From assembly GCA_963720505.1 (NCBI GenBank), contig CAVRFT010000002.1:205478-269477 (forward strand): 64,000 bases of DNA, given 5' to 3'. How positions within the stretch are numbered: position 1 is the stretch's first letter; each line of letters begins with the position of its first letter. This document shows positions 28,860 to 39,011 of the stretch, in pieces. The notes beneath the pieces were generated by a model. It had not been told where the DNA came from, did no database searches, and was given only the letters and a program-made list of their open reading frames with translations. The position numbers were made by a program, and so were the translations under genes. Origin of the DNA: an uncultured Chloroflexia bacterium. Lineage in GTDB: Bacteria; Chloroflexota; Limnocylindria; QHBO01.

Positions 28860-29420
28860 CTACTGCAGCCGGGTGACGTACTCGCCGGTGCGCGTGTCGA
28901 CGCGCAGCATGTCGCCCTCGCTGACGAACAGCGGGACCTGCACCACCAGCCCGGTCTCGAGGGTGGCCGGCTTCTTGGCGCCGGTGGCCGTGTCGCCGGC
29001 GAAGCCCGGATCGGTCTGGGTCACCTGCAGGTCGACCGTCACCGGCAGGTCGACCCCGAGCACCTCCGCCTCGTACATGTTGACGAAGACGTCGGTGTTC
29101 TCCTTCAGGTAGCGCGCGTCGTCGCCCAGCATGGCGCCGCGAACCGCGAACTGGTCGTAGGTCTCGCTGTCCATGAAGTGGTAGGCGTCGCCGTCGCTGT
29201 AGAGGTACTGGACCTTGCGCGACTCGACCCGGGCGCGAGGCCAGCGGGTGCCGGCCTGGAAGGTGCGCTCCACGATGTCGCCCTTGCGCACGTTCTGCAG
29301 CTTCATCCGCACCTGGGCGGAGCCGCGCGCCATCTTGATGTGGGTCCAGTCCAGGACCTTCATGAGCTGGCCGTCCAGCTCGATGATGATCCCCTTCTTG
29401 ACGTCGCCGGTGCTGATCAA
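28860..29420 (-). CDS. efp: elongation factor P
   Basis: An intact 186-aa reading from TTG 29420, preceded by GAGGAC. Motifs are ISTGDVKKGIIIELDG.., KMARGSAQVRMKL and ATLETGLVVQVPLFV. The longer 243-aa track ORF is an upstream extension. Confidence 0.9.
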   Translation of the reverse strand: MISTGDVKKGIIIELDGQLMKVLDWTHIKMARGSAQVRMKLQNVRKGDIVERTFQAGTRWPRARVESRKVQYLYSDGDAYHFMDSETYDQFAVRGAMLGDDARYLKENTDVFVNMYEAEVLGVDLPVTVDLQVTQTDPGFAGDTATGAKKPATLETGLVVQVPLFVSEGDMLRVDTRTGEYVTRLQ

Positions 29421-29490
29421 GGGCGTCCTCGTGTCTCGTTCGGTGAGATTGCCAAGGATACGGCTGCCATGCGACCCACGGCGATGTCCG

Positions 29491-30822
29491 TCAGGCCGGG
29501 CACTCCGCGTTGGCCTTGGCGATGTTGGCCTCGTGCTCGGCCAGGTTGTGCGCGAAGTAGTGCGAACCATCGCGCACGCCATCCGGGACACGCCGCCACG
29601 AAGTAGTAGTAGCCGCTGGCCGTGTCGGCACGCGCGACTGCCTGCAGGGACTTGGCGCGCGCGGCGAGGCGATTGGCGTCGGCGGCAGGCCCTTGTTCAG
29701 GTAGGTCTGGTAGCCGGCCAGCCGATTCGGCAGCTGCACGTCCGCCCCGCCGGTCGGGCAGCGGCGGCCACCATTCGATGGCGCCCCAGTCGTCCACTGC
29801 CGCATCGCGATTCTCGGCGGTGGCCAGGCCGTATTGCAGGGTCGGGTCGGCGTTGAGCAGCCCCACCGTCTCCGCCTCCGGGTGGTTCAGCCGGTTCAAG
29901 TAGACGCCTGCGATCAGCGGCCGCTCCTCGTCCAGCACGGCCTCGCGCTCGACGATGCTGGCCAGGTTCACCGCCTCGTCCAGCGTCAGCCCATGCCGGC
30001 CGAAGCCGGTCAGCATGTGGTCGGTGAGGTTGTTGCCGAAGGCCGTCAGCAGCGTGTCGAGCACGTCGCGGGCGGTGGCGTTCAGGAAGATCCGGTACGT
30101 GTTCGGCGCCAGGTAACCCTCCAGCGTGCGTCCCGCGGGCAGGTCGGCCAGGAAGGGGTAGTCGCGGATCACGTCAGGCGGCGGATCGGTCGCCAGGGAG
30201 GCGAATTCTTCCAGGTTCATGGTCAGCTTGGTCGTGCCCGAGGTAGCCGACGATCTCCTCCAGCCGCCAGCCCTCCTGGAGGGTGATCTCCGTCTCGGGG
30301 CCGGCCTCCTGGCGCAGGGCCGCCACGATCTCGGATGGGCCGCAGTGACGGCGACAGGTCGTAGGTACCGGCCTGCAGCGAGCCCTCTCGCTCCGCCTGC
30401 ATGACTGCCCACTGGAAGGCAAGGCGGCTCTTGATCAACCCTTCGGAGGCGAGCAGCTCACCGATATCGGCGTCGCTGGCGCCGTCCTCGATCGTGATGG
30501 TGATCCGGCCGCCGTCGTCGCTGGCGGCCTCGTCAGCCAGGGCCTGGGGCTGATACCACTGCACGAAGTCGCGAACGATGCCCTGCTCGATCGACCCGGG
30601 ATGATCCTCGATCCAGACCATCAGGCGCGGCGAGAAGGCCAGGAAGCCCAGGAAGAGCAGCACCCCGGCGAGCGCGATGACGCCGGCGAACCAGGCCAGC
30701 AGCACCACGGGCTGAAAGGTTCGACGGCGGCCGTCTGGCGTTCCTCGTTCGGCGCGAACGCGGCGAATGCGCGCGTTCCGGCGTTCCTCGAGATCCCTCC
30801 GGGGATCCGGGGGTCGGGTCAT
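29491..30822 (-). CDS. mltG: endolytic murein transglycosylase MltG/YceG (at least 4 frame breaks)
   Basis: The N-terminal TM (VVLLAWFAGVIALAGVLLFLGFLAF) and LysM-like region are in ORF 30223..30822. ..LASIVEREA..IAGVYLNRL.. is in ORF 29417..30412. The C-terminus ..GYQTYLNKGLPPTPIASP..YYYFVA..DGSHYFAHNLAEH is in ORF 29491..29805. There is an ATGA overlap with the ruvX stop. Confidence 0.8.
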
Positions 30823-31253
30823 TCGGCCTCCTGTGGGAAACGCGGGCGAGCGCCCGCGTCCAGATATTCTTGCAGGATCAACCGGGCGGCTGCCGAATCC
30901 AGCTCCCCCGACCGCCGATCACGGCCCCGCCGCGGCCCCATCTGCTCCAGCGCCTGCCAGCTGGTGAGGCGTTCGTCCTGGAAGTCGACGGCCAGGCCGG
31001 TGGCCGCCAGCCGCTCGCCGAACTTCCGCGCCGCGGCGGCCTGGACACCCTCCGTGCCGTCCATGTTGAACGGCAGTCCCATCACGATCGTGGCGGCGCC
31101 CTCGTCGCGCGCCATCTGCGCGATGGCGTCGATGTCGGCGGCGGTGCTCTGGCGCTGCAGTGCCGGCCTGGCGAACGCCATGCCGGTCTCGGTGTCGCCG
31201 ACGGCCACGCCGATGCGACGGCTGCCGTGGTCCAGCCCGATCAGCCGCGTCAC
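30819..31253 (-). CDS. ruvX: Holliday junction resolvase-like nuclease RuvX/YqgF
   Basis: The reading starts at GTG 31253, with a GTGA overlap with the upstream stop. Motifs are LIGLDHGSRRIGVAVGD.., IVMGLPFNMDGTEG and DERLTS. Confidence 0.85.
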   Translation of the reverse strand: MTRLIGLDHGSRRIGVAVGDTETGMAFARPALQRQSTAADIDAIAQMARDEGAATIVMGLPFNMDGTEGVQAAAARKFGERLAATGLAVDFQDERLTSWQALEQMGPRRGRDRRSGELDSAAARLILQEYLDAGARPRFPQEAE

Positions 31254-32889
31254 TGACCGCCTTCCGCCGGCTCGACGTTGATGCTGATACGCCAGTCCAG
31301 GCGGGGCAGGCGATCGACCCAGCCCGGCCACAGGTCCACGGTTGATGGACCGATGTTCGACAACGCCTCCTGGGCCTCCGCGGCGGTCATGCCCACCAGC
31401 GCTCGGCGGATGCTGTCCTGGTCCAGGTCCGGGACGGCATCCGCGGTGACGGTGGTCTGGACCACGATCGACTCGCCATCGAGCGCGGCCTCACCGATGT
31501 CGACCTCGATCGTGTCCTCGGCCAACGTCCGTGTTCGGCGGAACCGCCCCTTCGTCGGCCAGAAACGCTTCGACCGCCTCCGCTTCGACGTCTGCCCGCA
31601 GCACGAAGGTGCGATCCACCGGCATGGTGCCGGTCAGCTCGAACGTGAACGGGTCCTCGCTGACGTGGCCGACCAGGTCGTCGGGGACCGGGATGTCGGC
31701 ACGGGGAGGCTGCACCGTCGGGTAAACGCGGTCCGGATCCGAGGTCAGGAGGTCGGCCAGCTGCGATTCCAGGTCGCGCGTGATGGCGCCCCGCACCCGG
31801 ACGACGTCCGCGCGCCGCACGACGTGCAGCTCTGTCTCGGACCCTCCGCCGGTCGGGTCAACGTTCCGCACGCGCCGGTTCTGCGGCGCACCCTGGCGGA
31901 GCTGTTGATCAACGTCATCGTCCTCGACCCGATTGATGGCGTCCGAGCGGCACATTGCCGGCGGTGCCGGGCTCAACCGCTTCGACCTCAACGTCGGCCG
32001 TCCCGGCGAAGAAGAAGGCGCTGTCCGGGACGCTCACCGCCTGGCGTGTGGCGAAGAAGACGATGCCGTCGGCCGAGACCAGCGTGCCCTGGGGGACGAA
32101 GACCACGAACGGGGAATAGTTCGACAGCGTCACCACGCCCGTGGCCGACGTCGCGGCGCGTGCGGTGGCCCGTTGCCTCGCCGGCCTTGGTGGACTGCAG
32201 CGGCTCCGTATCGGACGGCTGGACCGGCGGCCGCACCGAGTAGCTCTCCGGCCCCACCACGACCGGATCCGGATGGATCGTGACGGTGGCGCCGGGCAGG
32301 ACGGTCGCGAAGGCGCCGCCGGCCATCAGCAGCAGGACCAGGATCGCCGCGATCGCCGCACGCGGGACGCTGCGAGCCGCCGGCCGTGGCTTTCGTCGCG
32401 GTCGAGCCGGCGAGGGCGCCCGGGTCGAGGGCTTCGGCGGCGGCATGGCGCCTGGCGGACCGCCTGCGTCTCATCCAGCCGCGACGCGAGCGGCACCGCG
32501 GCTGCCACTGCCGCGGCGACCGCGGCAGGCTGATCGGGCGCCGCCGGCTCGCCGGCGCCGCGCACCACGTGGATCGGAGCGCGTGCGGCGGGCGGTGGCG
32601 CAGCCGGGACGGCGCCTTCCACGTTCGCATCGGCCACCGAGGCAAACGCCGCGATTCCCGCCTCGGCGGCCAACGCGCGTGCGCCCGGATCGGCCACCAG
32701 CGCAATCTCGCGCCCCTCCTCCGCGGCCACCTGCGCCAGCAGCCGGAGCGCCACCGCGCTGGTGGTGGCCTTGGTGCGCCCGGATGCCACCAGCACGACG
32801 CGCTTGGCATCGGCCTCGCGCAGCCGGCGGACAACGCTGGTGACCTCGTCGTCCGGCTCCAGGTAGAGGAGCTGGGTGTCGTCAGCCAT
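31250..32889 (-). CDS. uncharacterised bitopic membrane protein, about 545 aa (at least 4 frame breaks)
   Basis: The chain runs across ORFs 32326..32889, 31988..32446, 31915..32136, 31491..31991 and 31250..31525. It has a soluble N-domain (MADDTQLLYLEPDDEVTSVVRRLREADAKRVVLV..), an Ala/Pro-rich and basic linker, a single TM (AAIAAILVLLLMAGGAFATVL), then a beta-rich ectodomain (..VVFVPQGTLVSADGIVFFATRQAVSVP..GTADVEVEAVEPGTAGNV..). It possibly resembles baseplate-J-like folds, but this is from memory and not verified. Confidence 0.5.
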
Positions 32890-32895
32890 CGGGTC

Positions 32896-34207
32896 CTACA
32901 GCTGCAAGGCGCGCACGGCCTGCCGCATGGCGCGGTCCGTGGCACTCGACTGCGAATCCAGGATCAGCGCCTGGTGGGCCAGCGCCATGGGCGTGACGTC
33001 CTGCCGCGTGGCGAGCGAGGCCGTCGCGTCCCGCAGGCCGGCCACCTCGTCAGGACGCAGCGCGGTCACCTGCGGCTTGCGGGCGAACGGCAGCCGCCGC
33101 CACCAGTCGTCCTGTGCCAGCACCGTCGGCAACCTGGGGCAGCTCCGCCCCGCCGCCGCACAGGTAGACCCGGGCCGGCAGCAGCTCGCCGTCGGCCAGG
33201 TCGGAGACCATCAGCTCCACGCCCCGCCGCCAGACCGCGGCATCCTCGGCCAGCGCGTCCTGCAGGCTCTCCGCGGGGACGGACTCCGGCAGCTCATCGG
33301 CCGATGCGGCCAGCTTCAGCGTCTCGGCCCGCGCGAACGACAGGCCGAAGCGTTCGGCCAGCCCCTTGGTGAAGGCGCGACCGCCCAGCGCCAGCATCTT
33401 GGTGCCGGCGATCCCGCCGTGCCGCACCAGCGCCACGTCGGTCGTGCCGCCGCCGATGTCCACGAACACGGCCCCGGCGTCGCCCAGCTCGCCCGGGTCC
33501 AGGCAGGTGGCCACGGCATAGGGCTCCGCGATCACGCCCAGCAGCTGCAGGCCGAGCCGATGGGCGACCGACTGCAGCGCCCCGAGGTGCACCATCGGCG
33601 CAAAGGCATTGAAGACGGCCAGCTCCAGCTGGCTGCCGGTGAAGCCGATGGGGTTGCTGACCGGGTAGCCGTCGATCTTCATCTCGACGATGGCGGCGTG
33701 CACCAGGCGCACCTCCATCCGTTCGACGCCCGATTCCCAGGCGATGCGCGACTCGGCCTCGTCGAGCGCCTCCGACTGGGCGCGCTGGACGATGCGCTCC
33801 AGCTCCGGCTGGGTCAGCGGCGTCTGCGGCTGGTCGCGATGCACGGTCCGGACCGAGGTGGCGCCCTTGACCAGCTCGCCGGCAATGCCGATCACCGCCG
33901 AGCCCGGCCGCAGGCCGGCCATCTGCTCCGCCTCGTCGAGCGCCTTGCGGCAGTTGGCGACCACCGCGTCGATGTCGCTGACCGTGCCCGACTGCATGTG
34001 GGTCAGGCCCTGCCGCTGCCGCCCGACGCCACGCACCACGCCGGTCAGCACGCCCTCTCGCTCCTCCAGCGCCACGACCAGCGCCTTGGCGAATTCGGTG
34101 CCGACGTCCAGCGCGGTCAGTGCCTGCGGGCCCTGTTGGCCCCCACGACTCGTGCCCGATCGGCCCGGACGGAGCCGATCCCGAACCCCGCCAAAGAGCT
34201 GCTGCAC
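32896..34207 (-). CDS. actin/Hsp70-fold ATPase, FtsA/PilM-like (one frame break ~33130)
   Basis: It has phosphate-1 (LTALDVGTEFAKALVV), phosphate-2 (AVFVDIGGGTTDVALV) and adenosine (RVYLCGGGAELP) motifs. The C-terminus (..LPTVLAQDDWWRRLPFARKP..) is in ORF 32896..33132. The start is placed at GTG 34207, preceded by GGGAGG, 16 nt after the alaS stop. Confidence 0.7.
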
Positions 34208-34223
34208 CGCGCCTCCCGCCAGG

Positions 34224-36861
34224 TCAGTCGGCCTCGAGGGGCGCCAGCGCCTCGAGCGCGAGGCGCGCCGCCTCCCGCAGGGCATCGTCAAGCCCGGCCG
34301 GATTGCTGCCGCCGGCCTGGGCAAGCTCCGCCCGTCCGCCTCCCCCGCCGCCGATCAGCGGCCCGACCTGCCGCACGATCTTGACCGCGTCGAAGCCCTC
34401 GCCGGCCAGGTCGCGGCTGGCGGCCACCACCAGTGCGGGTCCCGCTCCGTTGCCGGAGGCGATCGACACGAAGCGACCGGTCATGCCGCGCATTTCGTCG
34501 GCCCATCGTCTCGAAGCGCGTCCGCGTCCGCCTCGGGGTAGTGCTGGACGATGACCTTGACGTTGCCCGCCTGCTGGGCGCCGGCCAGCGCTGCCGCAAC
34601 GTCCAGCGCCGCAGCCGCGGCGCTCCGTGGCTGCTTGGCGGCCTTCTCCGACTCCCGGACCCGGGCGGTGAGCGCCTCGACCCGGGCCGGCACCTCGAGC
34701 TCGGCCACGCCCAGCTTGGACGCCGCCTCGCGCAGCGCTTCCAGCCGATCCGCCACGTGCTCCTCGGCGGCCTCACCGGTCACCGCCTCGATGCGCCGCA
34801 GGCCGGCGCCGATGCTCGACTCGCCGGTGATGCGGAACGAGCCGATCTGTCCGGTGGCCGCCACGTGCGTCCCGCCGCACAGCTCGCGGCTGAAGCCCTC
34901 GACCTGGACGACGCGCACGTTCTCCGGCACGTACTTCTCGCCGAAGAACATGTCGGCGCCCAGCTCGCGCGCGTCGCCGAGGCTCATCCAGGTTGGCTCG
35001 ACCGTGGCGTTGCGGCGGATCTGCTCGTTCACGCGCCGCTCGACCTCGCGCAGCTGCGGACGGGGCGTCGCCGCCGACGCCGGAAAGTCGAAGCGCAGCC
35101 CTTCCGGGCCGACCCAGCTGCCGGCCTGCTTGGCCTGCTCGCCCAGCACGTCGCGCAGCGCGCGATGCAGCAGGTGGGTGGCGGTGTGGTTGCGAGCGGC
35201 GGCCCAGCGCCGCCGCTCGTCCACGCGTGCCTCGACCGGCTCGCCGACCGCCAGCTCTCCGTCGAGCCGCCCGACGTGCACGATCGCGTCGCCAACCCGC
35301 TGGGTGTCATCCACGATCAGCTTGCCCTTCGGGCCAACCAGCTCGCCCTGGTCGCCGATCTGGCCGCCGCCCTCCGCGTAGAACGGACTGCGGTCCAGCA
35401 CGACCTGCGTCGACTCCTGGTCGCCGGCGAGGCCGAGCACGGCCAGCCCATCGGCCGCGTCTCGTTCGGATAGCCGATGAACTCGGTCGCCAGCTCGGCA
35501 AGCGAGGGATCGGCGACAAAGCGAGCGCCCTTGCCACCGCGCGACCGCTCGCGCTGCTCTGCCATGGCCCGGTCGAACCCCTCCCGGTCGACCGATACGT
35601 CGCTCTCCGCGGCGATCTCCACGGTCAGATCGATCGGGAAGCCGAAGGTGTCGTGCAGGCGGAACGCCTCGTCGCCCGGGATGAAGCCATTGCCGCCGGC
35701 CGCCTCGATCAGCGCCAGCAGCCGCTCCGTCCCCGCCTCCAGGGTGCGGGCGAACTTCGCCTCCTCGGCCTCGACCTCATCCAGGATCCGGTCGCGCTGC
35801 TCGGCCAGCGCCGGATAGGCCTCGCCCATGATGTCGACCACCACGGCGCAGGTCTGGCGCAGGAACGGCGCCCTGATGCCCATCAGCCGGCCGTGACGCA
35901 CCGCCCGTCGCATGATCCGGCGCAGGACGTAGCCCGCTCCCTCGTTCGACGGCGCCACGCCATCGGCGATGAGGAAGGTCATGGCCCGCGAGTGGTCGGC
36001 CACGACCTGGTAGCTGAAGCGCTCGGACTCGACCGTCTCAGGGTTGTGACCGATGAACTCGGCCAGCCGCTCGATGATCGGCGTGAACAGGTCGGTCCCG
36101 TAGTTCGAGTCGACCCCCTGCACCACCGAAGCGATGCGCTCGAGCCCCATGCCGGTGTCGACCGACTTGAAGGGCAGTGGCGTCAGCGTCCCGTCCGCGG
36201 CGCGATCGAACTCCATGAAGACCAGGTTCCAGACCTCCAGCCAGCGCGGGCAGTGCTCCGAGTGGTCCGGAATGCAGTGCTCGCCCTCGGACAGCTCCGG
36301 CCCGCGGTCGTAGTGCAGCTCGCTGCAGGGTCCACATGGGCCGGTGTCGCCCATCCGCCAGAAGTTCTTCTCGTCGCCCTCCGCGATATTGCCCCAGCGC
36401 ACCAGGCGCTCCGCCGGCAGCCCGATCTCATCGGCCCAGACGCGGTGGGCCTCGTCGTCATCGGTGTAGACCGTGGCAGCCACGCGGTCCGGCGGCAGGC
36501 CGAGCTCCTTGGTCAGGTACTCCCACGCCCAATGGATGGCGTCGCGCTTGAAGTAGTCGCCAAAGCTCCAGTTGCCCAGCATCTCGAACAGCGTGTGGTG
36601 GCGCGGCGTCCGGCCGACCTCCTCGAAGTCGTTGTGCTTGCCGGCCACGCGCAGGCAGGGCTGCGAGTCGACCGCGCGCACGTAGTCGCGCTTCTCCTCG
36701 CCGGTCAGCACGCGCTTGAAGGGAGCCATCCCGGAGTTGACGAACAGCAGGGTCGGATCGTCGCGCGCCAGCAGCGCGGCAGCGGGCACGCGGGTATGCC
36801 CGCGCTCCTCGAAGAAGCGCTGGTATCCCTCGCGGATCTGCGCCGCCGTCATTGGCTGCAA
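34224..36861 (-). CDS. alaS: alanine--tRNA ligase (two frame breaks, ~35450 and ~34490)
   Basis: Motifs FEMLGNWSFGDYFK and GMGLERI are in ORF 35317..36861. The editing-domain HTATHLLH and CGGTHV are in ORF 34481..35440. The DHHA1-like C-terminus is in ORF 34224..34493. At ~35450 a GG where GGG is needed restores ..ETRADGLAVLGLAG... The start is TTG 36861 or ATG 36852. Confidence 0.92.
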
Positions 36862-36893
36862 CGGTTCACATCCTCACCAGGTCCGTCTCACCA

Positions 36894-36919
36894 CAAGAGC
36901 CGGCTCCCACCGGCTCTTG
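36894..36919 (-). terminator. 10-bp stem-loop downstream of the ytxH-like gene (candidate intrinsic terminator)
   Basis: The plus-strand sequence is CAAGAGCCGG-ctccca-CCGGCTCTTG. It lies 30 nt after the ytxH-like stop and 33 nt before the alaS start. There is no clear U-tract. Confidence 0.4.
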
Positions 36920-36948
36920 GACTGCGTGGCTGCGGTGGCAGCGCCCTG

Positions 36949-37233
36949 TCAGGCTGCGCCCTCTGGCGCGGCCCCGCCCTGCGACGCAGCCTCGCCCTCG
37001 GCCGGGGCAGAGGCATCGTACGCGCCCATCATCTCGGCGCGAGCCTTCTCGGCGGCCGCGCGGCCCTCGTTGACCGCGTCGTCGAAGGCGGCCCGCCGCT
37101 CGCCGACGAACTCGCCAACCTGCTCGCGCATCTCTTCGCCGCTCGAAGGCGACAGCAGCAGCCCAACCGCCGCACCGATCAATCCGCCGATGGCCAAGCC
37201 GGCCAGGAAGCTTCCGAGACCGGAGTCCTTCAT
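36949..37233 (-). CDS. YtxH-like general stress protein (94 aa)
   Basis: The N-terminus MKDSGLGSFLAGLAIGGLIGAAVGLLLSPSSGEEMREQV.. (Gly-zipper TM plus amphipathic helix) is typical of the YtxH family. It follows a DUF948/YtxG-like gene, as in the Bacillus ytxGH pair. Confidence 0.7.
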   Translation of the reverse strand: MKDSGLGSFLAGLAIGGLIGAAVGLLLSPSSGEEMREQVGEFVGERRAAFDDAVNEGRAAAEKARAEMMGAYDASAPAEGEAASQGGAAPEGAA

Positions 37234-37618
37234 GGGATCTGCTCGTCCTCCCGTGCGTGCGGGGATTGTACCGACCCGATCGGTTGGCGTCCCATCGGGT
37301 CCGGTTGGCGTTCCGATCTGGCCGTCCTGCCGGCTCCGCCGATCGGTGACGCGACCGTGCACCGGTGCCGCCATCGCCGGCGCGTGGCTCGGCCAGGTCG
37401 CTGGGCGGCACCTCGGCGTCGTGCATCTCGCGCGTGCGACCCGCCATGTTCGCCAGCTCCGTCTCGGCCAGCCGCGTCAGCCGGCGGGCGTCGTTGGCCA
37501 GCGCACGGGTGTCGCGCGCCAGCGGCCGCAGGGACAGCGCCACCATGATCACGCCGATCCCGACCAGCAGGGCGCCGAGACCGACACCGATCCAGAAGAT
37601 GGTGATCGCGAGGTCCAT
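37231..37618 (-). CDS. YtxG/DUF948-like membrane protein (3' end unresolved)
   Basis: It has an N-terminal TM (MDLAITIFWIGVGLGALLVGIGVIMVAL) followed by a helical segment (SLRPLARDTRALANDARRLTRLAETELANMAGRTREM). The starting frame has no stop until 36866. A different frame ends in an ATGA overlap with the ytxH-like start at 37231-37234. Confidence 0.45.
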
Positions 37619-37631
37619 CAGCGCCTCCCCC

Positions 37632-37929
37632 TCATCGGTCGGTGGAGTTCGAGTCCGCCCGCTCGTCGGCCGTCGGCAGCATGGCCACCAGCAGCAGCGT
37701 GCCCAGCATCAACAGCTGGGCGCCGATGCAGGCTGCCAGGATGTGATAGTCGCCCAGCACCAGGATGTCCAGCCCCGTGGCGCCACCGACTGCGTCTCCT
37801 GCGATCGTGCCCGAGCAGCGACGCCAGCGCCAGCAGGCCAACGACGCGACCCCAGCGGCCGCGCACTGCCAGGAAGGCCGCCAGGTTGATGACCGCCAGC
37901 AGGGCGGTGATCAGCAGCCACGGCGTCAT
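37632..37929 (-). CDS. small hydrophobic membrane protein (~98 aa, one frame break ~37810)
   Basis: MTPWLLITALLAVINLAAFLAVRGRWGRVVGLLALASLLG is in ORF 37618..37929. The continuation TIAGDAVGGATGLDILVLGDYHILAACIGAQLLMLGTLLLVAMLP.. is in ORF 37632..37841. There is an ATGA overlap with the mnmA stop. Confidence 0.45.
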
Positions 37930-39011
37930 GCTGCCCGAGCGATCCGCCCCCCGCCCAGGCAGACGTCGCCGTCATACAGCACCGCCGCCTGACCCGGTGC
38001 CGGAGCCCAGACCGGGGTGGCGGTCTCGACCGCGAACCGATCGTCACCAAGCAGGGTGATCTCGGCTGGCACGTCCGCGCGCGCGGTGGCGGATGCGGAC
38101 CGATGCGCTGAATCGCTCGGCCGGCGGCTCCCCGGCCACGAAGCGGCGGCCATCGACCGTGAAGGCTGGAGGCTGCGACCTCGTCCCGACGGCCGATCAC
38201 CACCGTGTTGCTGGCGGGGCGCACCTCGCGCACGTAGACCGCCTCGCCCAGCGCCACGCCCAGGCCGTGCCGCTGCCCGACGGTGTAGTGGGCGTAGCCG
38301 GTGTGCGTGCCGACCTCCGTGCCATCGGCGTCCACGATCGGGCCGGGCTCGCCCTCGTAGCCGCGCCGCTCGGCGAGCAGCGCTCGGTAGTCGCCGGCCG
38401 GCACGAAGCAGATCTCCTGGCTCTCCGGCTTGTCGGCAGTCGGCAGGCCCAGCTCGGTGGCGATCCGCCGCACCTCGGGCTTGGTCAGCTCCCCCAGCGG
38501 AAAGCGGGTGTGGCGCAGCTGCTCCTGGTCCAGCACCCACAGGAAGTAGGTCTGGTCCTTGTCCGCGTCGGCGGCACGCAGCAGCACGCGGCGCCCGTCG
38601 CGGTCCTCGACCCGCGCGTAGTGGCCGGTGGCGACCAGATCGGCGCCGTAGGCGGCCAGGCCGCGCCGCAGCAGCTCGTCGAACTTGATGTACTGGTTGC
38701 ACGCCTGGCACGGGTTCGGCGTGGCGCCGTCCAGGTAGCCATCGGCGAAGGCGTCGATCACCCGCGCCCCGAACTCGCGCTCCAGGTTGAGGATGAAGAA
38801 CGGGATGCCGGCGATCTGCGCCACCCGCCGCGCGTCGTCGGCGGCGTCCGGCGAGCAGCACGATCGGCTCTGCTCGTACCCTTCGCCGCCGTCGGCGTGC
38901 AGTCGCATCCAGACCCCGATCACCTCGTCGCGTCCGGGCCTCGCGCGCCAGCAAGGCGGCCGCCACGCTCGAATCCACTCCGCCGCTCATGGCGGCCACG
39001 GTCCGGCCCAT
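37926..39011 (-). CDS. mnmA: tRNA 2-thiouridine(34) synthase MnmA (two frame breaks ~38925, ~38150)
   Basis: It has the PP-loop (VAAMSGGVDSSVAAALL). ..NPCQACNQYIKF.., ATGHYAR, KDQTYFL and ESQEICF are in ORF 37709..38923. The C-terminus ..RFAVETATPVWAPAPGQAAVLYDGDVCLGGGRI is in ORF 37926..39080. Confidence 0.85.
   Translation of the reverse strand: MGRTVAAMSGGVDSSVAAALLAREARTRRGDRGLDATARRRRRRVRAEPIVLLAGRRRRRAAGGADRRHPVLHPQPGARVRGAGDRRLRRWLPGRRHAEPVPGVQPVHQVRRAAAARPGRLRRRSGRHRPLRAGRGPRRAPRAAACRRRGQGPDLLPVGAGPGAAAPHPLSAGGADQARGAADRHRAGPADCRQAGEPGDLLRAGRRLPSAARRAARLRGRARPDRGRRWHGGRHAHRLRPLHRRAAARPGRGAGRGGLRARGAPRQQHGGDRPSGRGRSLQPSRSMAAASWPGSRRPSDSAHRSASATARADVPAEITLLGDDRFAVETATPVWAPAPGQAAVLYDGDVCLGGGRIARAA

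Noticed and set aside
37281-37311. Short direct repeats as a possible degenerate CRISPR array
   Set aside because: There are only two copies of a 10-mer spaced 21 nt apart, with no further repeats, no cas genes and no repeat-spacer periodicity anywhere in the window.
37630-37670. tRNA-like T-arm string GGAGTTCGAGTCCGCC
   Set aside because: No acceptor-stem complement, D-arm or anticodon arm can be built in the flanking ~75 nt, and the T-stem register is off. The segment lies inside the 3' end of a small membrane-protein ORF. A GTTCGA string at ~25722 was rejected for the same reasons.
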